Shown: piece after piece, positions 44,582 to 52,079 of the stretch
Layout of the letters: every line of letters starts with the position of its first letter
Numbering within the stretch: position 1 is the stretch's first letter
NCBI GenBank assembly: GCA_963766175.1
Contig: CAVXZE010000021.1
Span: forward strand, 64,363 to 128,362
Direction of reading: 5' to 3'
DNA: 64,000 nucleotides
Source: an uncultured delta proteobacterium
GTDB lineage: Bacteria; Myxococcota_A; UBA9160; UBA6930
The notes under the pieces: model-generated
The model's input: only the letters and a program-made list of their open reading frames with translations
The model's database searches: none
What the model was told of the DNA's origin: nothing
Translations under genes and position numbers: made by a program

Positions 44582-46195
44582 CTACTGCGGCGTCGAGTCT
44601 CGATCCGCCGCGGTTGTCTCCTCGCGTTCTCCGGTGTGGTGGGAGGGCGTCCCGGGCAGCCTTCCGAGGTTTCGCCCTACGCGCACCGGAACGTTGAAAT
44701 TGTGCGGATCGAAGAGGGCGAAGTCCAGCAGGCCGTCGCCATCGAGATCGCCGAAGCGGATCACACCGGCGGTGGGGAGCTCCTGGCGATAGCCCTGCCT
44801 GGCGAACGGATGCTCACCTCCGCCAAGTGAGATCTCGATCGCATGGCCGCCTCCCGAGCGGACGAAGTCGGGGAAGCCATCCCCGTTGAGGTCGACGTCG
44901 CCGGCGGGAATGAAGCCGGCAAGGCGGAAGGTGTCGAAGCTGACGGGAAGCTCCACCTGGGTCTCCACCCACGGCTTCTCCTCGAAGCCCCGATCGGGTT
45001 CGTAGCGGTGGACGGCGACCTGGATGTCGATCTCCCGGGTCAGGAGGAACTCCACGACCTCGAGCAAGCTGAAGCGGAACCCCATGCGCAGGAGCTCGGT
45101 GCGGCCGTCCCCGTCCGTGTCGAGCAGTGCGTCGGCTACGAGGGTGCCCTTCGAGTGGAAGACCTGGTCGGGCTCTTCGAGATTCCAGCCACCGCCGCGA
45201 TTCATGTGGATATAGGTGGTGCTGGACGCATTGGAGAAATTCCCCGCCACGTGCGAGACGAGCAAGTCGAGCTTCTCGTCGCCGTCGATGTCCTTGGCCG
45301 TGCTCGCAATGCCTCCAGAGCCGCGAACGTGATCGCGCGGGGCGAGGAGGTGCAGGGCAAGCCTGCGATCCGGCGCGGTGGGCAGACTCCCGTCCCCCCT
45401 GCGCAGGTAGACCCAGATCTCGTGGCGCGTGGAAAAGACGACGTCCGCGCGTCCGTCGCCGTCGACGTCTCCCACGGACAGCTTGGGAGCGTCGACGAAG
45501 ACCTGGAGGTTGCTCTCGATGGAAACGAGACCCGACTGGGGGGCGATGAAGTAGTTGGCGCGGCGCGGCGTCTCGAGGCGCGCCCGCACATCCCCTTCGG
45601 GTGACAGGGCCAGGAGCTGGCCAAGCTGCGGGATCAGCAGCCAGGGCTCGGGACCGAAGTCCCGATAGACCAGCGGAAAGGACCCGAAGCCGCGCTCGTC
45701 GTCGCTCACACCCAGGGTGGTGGAGGCCGGAACCGGGAGGTGCCAGCTGCGGCCCGACGCGTCGGCGAGGGAGAGCAGGGTCACGCCGTCGGGACGCAGC
45801 AGCACCAGCTCCTGGCCCGGGCTCTCCTTCAGGTCCGCAATGTCGTAGACAGCGCTCCACTGCGGCATCTCGATGCTGTGATCGGGAGTGCGTGGGAGCG
45901 ATCCGTCCGGCTTCTGGAGATAGACGCGCACACTGCGCTCCTCCTCGGGCGGGATGCCGATCAACGTCACCACCATCAGATCGGTGCGCGCGTCGCCGTT
46001 CAGCTCGGCGAACTCCACGGCGACGCAGCGTCCCTGATTCGCGATGTGGTCGATGTCGAAGAAGTCACCCGCGTAGGCCACCGTGCCGGAAGAGAGGGCG
46101 ATCGAGATCAGCACCAGCCGCGTGGCGCCGAGCGCGCCGTGATCGCGGCGTGAACGACCCGCACCAGAAGACCGGCGCAGCAGAAGACGGATCAT
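44582..46195 (-). CDS. FG-GAP/VCBS repeat protein, secreted
   Basis: ATG 46195 overlaps the upstream stop (ATGA). The protein is 537 aa. Repeated Ca-binding-like loops include GDVDGDGRADVV, DIDGDEKLDLL, DTDGDGRTELL, DVDLNGDGFPDFV and DLDGDGLLDF. Confidence 0.8.
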   Translation of the reverse strand: MIRLLLRRSSGAGRSRRDHGALGATRLVLISIALSSGTVAYAGDFFDIDHIANQGRCVAVEFAELNGDARTDLMVVTLIGIPPEEERSVRVYLQKPDGSLPRTPDHSIEMPQWSAVYDIADLKESPGQELVLLRPDGVTLLSLADASGRSWHLPVPASTTLGVSDDERGFGSFPLVYRDFGPEPWLLIPQLGQLLALSPEGDVRARLETPRRANYFIAPQSGLVSIESNLQVFVDAPKLSVGDVDGDGRADVVFSTRHEIWVYLRRGDGSLPTAPDRRLALHLLAPRDHVRGSGGIASTAKDIDGDEKLDLLVSHVAGNFSNASSTTYIHMNRGGGWNLEEPDQVFHSKGTLVADALLDTDGDGRTELLRMGFRFSLLEVVEFLLTREIDIQVAVHRYEPDRGFEEKPWVETQVELPVSFDTFRLAGFIPAGDVDLNGDGFPDFVRSGGGHAIEISLGGGEHPFARQGYRQELPTAGVIRFGDLDGDGLLDFALFDPHNFNVPVRVGRNLGRLPGTPSHHTGEREETTAADRDSTPQ

Positions 46196-46728
46196 CCGCC
46201 GGTCTGCGACCGAATGGCTTCGAGAGGCCGCTCCCTCAGGATCAGCTCGGCAGCCCTTCTCGTCGTGCGTCCGACGACGCCCGCGCAGTGCTCGAGCATT
46301 CCCCCCTTCATTGCCTCCTCGAGCTCCTTGGGATCGAGCAGGTTGTAGGTCCGGCCCATGATCTTCTGTTGGATGTCGTGGCAGCGGCAGCTTCCGTACT
46401 CCCGGATGATTTCCTCGTGAAGCTCCTTGCAGAGGAGATAGGACTGCATCGGCTTCATCATGTCCCGATGGTCCTTGCGATCCCTGCCGAAGATCAACCC
46501 GATCACCATGGCGCAACCGGTGAGGGAGCCGCAGGATCCGTCGCCCGTCAGCCCGATACCGTCGGCCAGACCACTGGCGGCCTTGAAGACATCTTCGCTG
46601 GCGAGCTCGAACGCATCCAGCAGCCCCGCCACCGCGGATTGCGCGCAGCCGGTGCAGGTCTTCTCGTACTCCGCAGCCAATTGACTGGCTCTTTCGACGA
46701 TCGCTTCCGGGCTCTTCTCCGTCATCAC
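46192..46728 (-). CDS. C_GCAxxG_C_C family putative redox-active protein
   Basis: 178 aa with the family Cys pattern: CTGCAQSAVAGLLDAF, GSCGSLTGCAMVIG, SCRCHD and EHCAG. Confidence 0.75.
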   Translation of the reverse strand: MMTEKSPEAIVERASQLAAEYEKTCTGCAQSAVAGLLDAFELASEDVFKAASGLADGIGLTGDGSCGSLTGCAMVIGLIFGRDRKDHRDMMKPMQSYLLCKELHEEIIREYGSCRCHDIQQKIMGRTYNLLDPKELEEAMKGGMLEHCAGVVGRTTRRAAELILRERPLEAIRSQTGG

Positions 46729-46868
46729 TCCTTCCCCACGCCACCTCGTCTCCGTGGGGCCGACCGATGGACCCGCACTGGCTCAAGCATCTCCAGTCTA
46801 GCCCGGATCGCGAGGCGGGACGAAGCTTCGGAGATCCACTATCAAATGGAGGAAACGGAGAGTTCACC

Positions 46869-48311
46869 TTGACGAATCCGAACGACTTCGAGCCCGTCTT
46901 CCATCCCCGCTCCGTCGCCGTCGTCGGCGCCTCCAACGACATCACCAAGTTCGGAGGCCGGACCTACGCGTCCCTGAAGGCGCGGCGTTTCCAGGGCGGA
47001 CTCTATGCGGTGAACCCCAGCGTAACGGAGGTCGGCGGCGACAGGGCCTACGCGCGGGTACAGGATATTCCCGAGAAGGTGGACATGGCGATCGTCGTCG
47101 TCGCCGCTCCCCACGTGGTGCGGACCCTCGCAGACTGCGCGGAGAAGGGCGTGCGCGCCGCACAGATCCTGACCGCGGGCTTCCGGGAGAGCGGTTCCGA
47201 AGAGGGTGCCCGCTGGGAAGAGCAGATCGCCCGGATCGCGCGCCAGAGCGGAATCAGGATCGTGGGCCCCAATTGCTTCGGGATCTACAGCCCGGAGAGC
47301 GCGCTCACGGTGCTTCCGGGCCCCGACTTCCCCAGCGAGAGTGGCCCGGTGGGCCTCCTGGCCCAGAGCGGTGGCCTGACTTCCTTTCTGGTCCGCAGGG
47401 CGATGGGCCTGGGAATCCGCTTCAGCAAGGCCGTGAGCTACGGCAACGCCTGCGACCTCAACGAGACCGACTTTCTCTCCTACTTCGGAGCCGACGATCA
47501 AACCCGGATGGTGGGCGCCTACATCGAAGGCGTCCGTGATGGCAGGCGCCTCTTCGAGGTGGCGAGAAGCACTTCGCTCCGCAAGCCGATCTTCATCTGG
47601 AAGGGTGGACTCACCGCGCTCGGCAGTCGCGCGGTGGCCAGTCACACGGCCTCGCTGGGCGGCAGCCAACGGATCTGGGAGGGGTTCTTGCGCCAGACCG
47701 GTGTGATCCCCGTGGTGGGCATCGACGAGATGATCGATCTCATGGTCGGGTTTCAGCACCTGCCCGATTTTCGGGGACGGCGAGTCTCGGTCGTCAGCGG
47801 CGGCGGTGCAATCACGGTAGCGGCCTGTGACGAGCTGGATCCCGCTGGCCTCTCGTTGCCCGATTTTTCGAGTCGAACCCAGGAGACGATTCGCGCGCTG
47901 CTGCCCGCCACTGGAAACACCGTGGGGAATCCTCTCGACACCGGTCCTCCCGTATTTCTGCTCCCCACCGTGAAGCCCATCCTCGAGGCCGTCGCGGCCA
48001 GCGACCGCATCGACGCCGTCATCGTTCAGCACGAGGTGGGCAGCCATTCGCCGGATTTCGAGGAAGCAGCGGCCCAGGTGATCCCCTCGGTCCAGCAGGC
48101 CAGTGCCAAGCCCTTCCTGGTGACCATGCCGGCGCCCACGACTTCGAGCGATGCGATGGGCGTCGAAATGGTGCGCCGGAAGTATCGCGAATGGTATCTG
48201 GAGCGCGGCATCCCCGTCTTCGACACGCTTCACCGCGCCGTGCGCACCCTCGAAGCAATCATCCGCTACAACGAATTCCTGGCAAGGCACGAGTCCCGAA
48301 GCAGTCTTTGA
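46869..48311 (+). CDS. ADP-forming acyl-CoA synthetase alpha-type subunit, paralogue 2
   Basis: It has VFHPRSVAVVGASNDITKFGG, IVGPNCFGIY and ASHTASLGGS. The start is uncertain (TTG 46869 after GGAGAG; the track ORF starts at 46767). Confidence 0.85.
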   Translation: MTNPNDFEPVFHPRSVAVVGASNDITKFGGRTYASLKARRFQGGLYAVNPSVTEVGGDRAYARVQDIPEKVDMAIVVVAAPHVVRTLADCAEKGVRAAQILTAGFRESGSEEGARWEEQIARIARQSGIRIVGPNCFGIYSPESALTVLPGPDFPSESGPVGLLAQSGGLTSFLVRRAMGLGIRFSKAVSYGNACDLNETDFLSYFGADDQTRMVGAYIEGVRDGRRLFEVARSTSLRKPIFIWKGGLTALGSRAVASHTASLGGSQRIWEGFLRQTGVIPVVGIDEMIDLMVGFQHLPDFRGRRVSVVSGGGAITVAACDELDPAGLSLPDFSSRTQETIRALLPATGNTVGNPLDTGPPVFLLPTVKPILEAVAASDRIDAVIVQHEVGSHSPDFEEAAAQVIPSVQQASAKPFLVTMPAPTTSSDAMGVEMVRRKYREWYLERGIPVFDTLHRAVRTLEAIIRYNEFLARHESRSSL

Positions 48312-48425
48312 CGGATCTGCGTGGCCAAACACGGCTCCTTGACGCGGATCGGCCTGGAACTTAGGTTACCGCCCGCCTGAGATTCCCTCTTCGAGCCGTG
48401 CCCGTATTCTTCGGAGTTGCCCAAG

Positions 48426-49838
48426 ATGCCGCCCGCCATCAAAGACCAGCTGGATCCGATCTTTCGCCCGCGCTCCGTCGCCGTCGTCGGTGCTTCGAAT
48501 CGCCAGGATCGCTGGGGCTACGAGACGATGTACAACGTCTTGAACTGGAGTCAGTTCCGCGGAGAAGTGTACCCGATCCATCCAAAGGACGAGCTCGTTC
48601 ACGGACTCAAGGCCTACAAGAGCGTGATCGAGGTGCCGGGGCCCATCGATCTCGCCGTCATCGTCGTGAACGCGAGCCAGGTGGTGGACGTGTTTCGGCA
48701 GTGTGCGGAGAAGAAGGTGGGCGGCGCGGTCATCATCACAGCCGGCTTCGCCGAGGTGGGGGCCGAGGGGGCCAGGCTCCAAGAGGAGCTGGTGCAGATC
48801 TCCCGGGAGAGCGGCATCCGCTTCGTGGGCCCGAACTGCAACGGCCTCTGGACCTCGGCCGTCCGGCTGAATCTCACCTTCTGGAACCTGGTGAAGCGCG
48901 GCCCGATCGCCTTCGTATCGCAGAGCGGAACCATGGGCGACTACATGTTCGAAGTCTCGGAGTCCAAGGGATATGGATTCTCCAAGATCGTGACCTCGGG
49001 CAACCAGGCGAGCCTGGAGGTCTGCGACTATCTCGAGTATCTGGCCGACGACGACGACACCAAGGTTGTGGCGCTCTACCTGGAAGGGCTGAAGGACGGC
49101 AGGCGCTTCCTGGAGGCAGCGCGCAAGGCAACCGCCCGAAAGCCGGTGCTGGCCTACAAGGTGGGGCGCACGGAAGCCGGGTCGCGCGCCGCATCGACCC
49201 ATACGGCATCGCTCACCGGCAGCACTCAGCTCTTCGACGCGGCGTGCCGCCAGGCGGGTGTGCAGGTCTGTGACGACATGCTGGAGATGTTCGATTTCGC
49301 CGACACACTCGCCCACCAGCCCCTTCCGCCGGGCAACCGGGTCGGCATCGCGTCCGGAGGTGGCGGCTTCTGCGTGGTGACTGCGGAGGCCTGCGCAAAG
49401 GTGGGCCTCGAGGTCCCGGTGCTCGACGAGGCAGCCCAGCGCGAAGTGCTCGGGCACGTACGCGAGTTCTCGCCATCACCCCTGAACCCCCTCGACCTGA
49501 TCGCCCGCAAGACGCACCTCGACTACGGCGCAGCCATCGAGATCCTCGCCAAGCAGGACTACATCGACGGCCTGATCATCATGCCGCCCTACGGTGGCTT
49601 CCAACGAACCTCGTCATTGGATGCCATGAAGGGGCTGGTGGAGTGCTGCAATACCATTGCGGACATCCCCGGCAAGTATCAGAAGCCGGTGCTGGCGTTC
49701 GCCAGGCGGGAGATCAGGAATACGGCGACCTACCAGATTCTCGCGCGCGGCAAGATCCCCTTCTACGAGTCCCCCGAGACCTGCGCCCGGGCCATGAAGG
49801 CGCTCTGCTCCTACGCCGAATTTCGCCGATCCCGTTAG
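48426..49838 (+). CDS. ADP-forming acyl-CoA synthetase alpha-type subunit, paralogue 3
   Basis: It has IFRPRSVAVVGASNRQDRWG, FVGPNCNGLW and STHTASLTGS. ATG 48426 lies 9 nt after CGGAG (the track ORF starts at TTG 48417). Confidence 0.85.
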   Translation: MPPAIKDQLDPIFRPRSVAVVGASNRQDRWGYETMYNVLNWSQFRGEVYPIHPKDELVHGLKAYKSVIEVPGPIDLAVIVVNASQVVDVFRQCAEKKVGGAVIITAGFAEVGAEGARLQEELVQISRESGIRFVGPNCNGLWTSAVRLNLTFWNLVKRGPIAFVSQSGTMGDYMFEVSESKGYGFSKIVTSGNQASLEVCDYLEYLADDDDTKVVALYLEGLKDGRRFLEAARKATARKPVLAYKVGRTEAGSRAASTHTASLTGSTQLFDAACRQAGVQVCDDMLEMFDFADTLAHQPLPPGNRVGIASGGGGFCVVTAEACAKVGLEVPVLDEAAQREVLGHVREFSPSPLNPLDLIARKTHLDYGAAIEILAKQDYIDGLIIMPPYGGFQRTSSLDAMKGLVECCNTIADIPGKYQKPVLAFARREIRNTATYQILARGKIPFYESPETCARAMKALCSYAEFRRSR

Positions 49839-49889
49839 GAATCCGGCCGCCTTGGCCTTTGCGCCGGACCTCGTTATTCTGCGGACGCC

Positions 49890-50546
49890 ATGACACACAC
49901 CCTCTCCGAATATGAGTCGAAGCAGCTGCTAGCGGACGCCGGCATTCCGATTCCCCAGGAGCGCCTGGTCTCCTCCGCGGAGGAGGCGGTGCAGGCCGCC
50001 GAAGAGCAGGGATTCCCCGTCGCACTGAAGCTCTGCGGCCGCGGCATCGCCCACAAGACCGAGCGAAACCTGGTGCGCCTCGACGTGGGCAACGCCGAGG
50101 ACGTGCGGCGACACGCCGCAGACCTGCTGGCCCAGCGCGGGCCCGATGAGGGCGACGCGGGCGTGCTGGTCCAGGCGATGGTCTCCGGGAGACGCGAGCT
50201 GATCGCGGGCCTGCTGCGCGATCCGCAGTTCGGCCCGTGCGTGATGTTCGGCCTGGGCGGCGTATTCGCAGAGCTGATCGGCGACGTCGCGTTCGCCGTC
50301 GCCCCGCTGGCAGAGAACGACGCAGAGGACCTGATGCGCGCGCTTCGCCATCACAAGATCCTGGACGCGTTCCGGGGCGAGCCGGAGGCCGACATCGCCA
50401 AGCTGGGGCAGATCCTCGAGGCGCTGGGACGCATCGGCGAAGCTCGACCCGACGTGCTGTCGATCGACGTGAACCCCCTGATCCTCTCCGGCGCCGATCC
50501 GGTGGTCGTCGACGCGCTCGTCGAGCTCGACGGGGATCCGAGCTGA
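49890..50546 (+). CDS. ADP-forming acyl-CoA synthetase beta subunit (ATP-grasp domain)
   Basis: 218 aa. The sequence LSEYESKQLLADAGIPIP...GFPVALKL...VLVQAMV...ELIAGLLRDPQFGPCVMFGLGG is the typical ATP-grasp_5 pattern. Confidence 0.85.
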   Translation: MTHTLSEYESKQLLADAGIPIPQERLVSSAEEAVQAAEEQGFPVALKLCGRGIAHKTERNLVRLDVGNAEDVRRHAADLLAQRGPDEGDAGVLVQAMVSGRRELIAGLLRDPQFGPCVMFGLGGVFAELIGDVAFAVAPLAENDAEDLMRALRHHKILDAFRGEPEADIAKLGQILEALGRIGEARPDVLSIDVNPLILSGADPVVVDALVELDGDPS

Positions 50547-50567
50547 GGGCGGGGGCACCTCCGGACT

Positions 50568-52079
50568 TCACGCCCAGATCGCCTCCATCTCCCAGACGTC
50601 CACGGCCGACGTCAGAGCCCCTTCCCCTCGCGCGAGAAGGGTCAACGGGCGCCCTCCTTCGGATTCGAGCGCTCCCTCCCCGACGCCGGGCCAGTCTCCG
50701 CCGGCGGTGAGCGCAGCCCGACCGTTGGCGTAGATCTCCACGACCGAGCGGTCGAGAAAGATCCGCAGCTCCAGCCGGCCCTCTCCCGGGAGAACCCGGA
50801 ACTCCCCGGACCGCTCCGCGCAGCTGAGCCGGCCCGCCTCGCGGTCATAGGCGACCGCGATCTGCCTCTGACCGGGGGCGACGTCACCGAGGGTCAGACC
50901 CACCTCACGCGCTTCCCCCAGCTCGAACTCGGCGCAGATTTCCACCGTGTCCGAGGGCAGGTCCATCAGGATCGTGGGCTCGTCCTTCGGGAGGGCGATG
51001 CTCTCCCACCTCTGGTGGCGTCTTCGGAGCCGAGCCAGCTCCGGGAGAGGCTCGATTCCCAGCTGTCCGTCCGCGCGCAGACTGAGCACGCGCGGAAGGG
51101 TGAGCACGCCCCTCCAGCAGGCACCTGCTGGGCCGACCTGCACCCATCCCCACTGGATGCGCCTCCCCTGCGGATCGAGCATGGAGTTCGGAGCGTAGAA
51201 GTCCTCGCGGCGACCGAGGTCCATCGGGAGCCAATCGGTCTCCGGCCTGAAGCGATGCTCCGCGAAGTCGCCCATCGCGTAGATGACCTGGGCGAAGGGC
51301 GAGACGCAGAGCAGCCACTTGTCACCCAGAGGGAAGAAGTTCGGGCACTCCATCACGTCGGTCGCGCCCCGGAAGAGGGGTCCGAGATAGGTCCAGTCAC
51401 GGAGATCCGGCGAGCGATACAGGAGCACGCATCCGCCCTGTCCCCGGATCCCACCTCCCAGGGCCATGTACCACGACTCGCGATCTCTCCAGCAGAAGGG
51501 GTCGCGAAAGCCCTCCAGATCGCCGCGCGGAGGCGTCGAAATCACCGGATTCCCGGCGTGCTTGATCCAGCTCCGCAGACGATCCTCACTGGTCGCGATG
51601 CACTGGCACTCCGGAGAGACGCCCGTGTAGAGAATCGTCGGAACGCCGTCGTGGATCACGCAGCAGCCGGAAAAGACCCCGTCCTCGTCGTAGCTTCCGG
51701 GACCCGGAGCCAGCGCAATGGGAAGGTGCTCCCAGCGGACCAGATCTCGGCTCACCGCGTGTCCCCAGCTCATGTTTCCCCACTCGCTGCCAAAGGGATT
51801 GTGCTGGAAGAACAGATGGTATTCGCCGTCGTAGTAGACGGGCCCGTTGGGATCGTTGATCCAGTGTGCGGGGCTGGTCAGATGATAGATGGGACGACTG
51901 GGATCGGACGCCGCCCGCTCCGCGTCCGCCGCGACACTCGCGTTGGCGCGCTCGAGGGCGCGCCGATGTTCGAGATTGATCTGGTCCACGAGCCCTGACT
52001 GCCGAGATCCCGCGCCGCGGTGGCGATGGCGGGCCCCGGTGCTCGATCGGCCCTCTCCCCGAGACATGACCGTGGTCAT
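50568..52079 (-). CDS. Glycoside hydrolase family 32 (beta-fructofuranosidase / sucrose-6-P hydrolase-like)
   Basis: GH32 catalytic motifs are present: WINDPNGPVYYDGEYHLFFQHNP, FRDPFCW and MECPNFF. The start is uncertain because the N-terminal ~40 aa are Arg/Gly-rich. Confidence 0.9.
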   Translation of the reverse strand: MTTVMSRGEGRSSTGARHRHRGAGSRQSGLVDQINLEHRRALERANASVAADAERAASDPSRPIYHLTSPAHWINDPNGPVYYDGEYHLFFQHNPFGSEWGNMSWGHAVSRDLVRWEHLPIALAPGPGSYDEDGVFSGCCVIHDGVPTILYTGVSPECQCIATSEDRLRSWIKHAGNPVISTPPRGDLEGFRDPFCWRDRESWYMALGGGIRGQGGCVLLYRSPDLRDWTYLGPLFRGATDVMECPNFFPLGDKWLLCVSPFAQVIYAMGDFAEHRFRPETDWLPMDLGRREDFYAPNSMLDPQGRRIQWGWVQVGPAGACWRGVLTLPRVLSLRADGQLGIEPLPELARLRRRHQRWESIALPKDEPTILMDLPSDTVEICAEFELGEAREVGLTLGDVAPGQRQIAVAYDREAGRLSCAERSGEFRVLPGEGRLELRIFLDRSVVEIYANGRAALTAGGDWPGVGEGALESEGGRPLTLLARGEGALTSAVDVWEMEAIWA

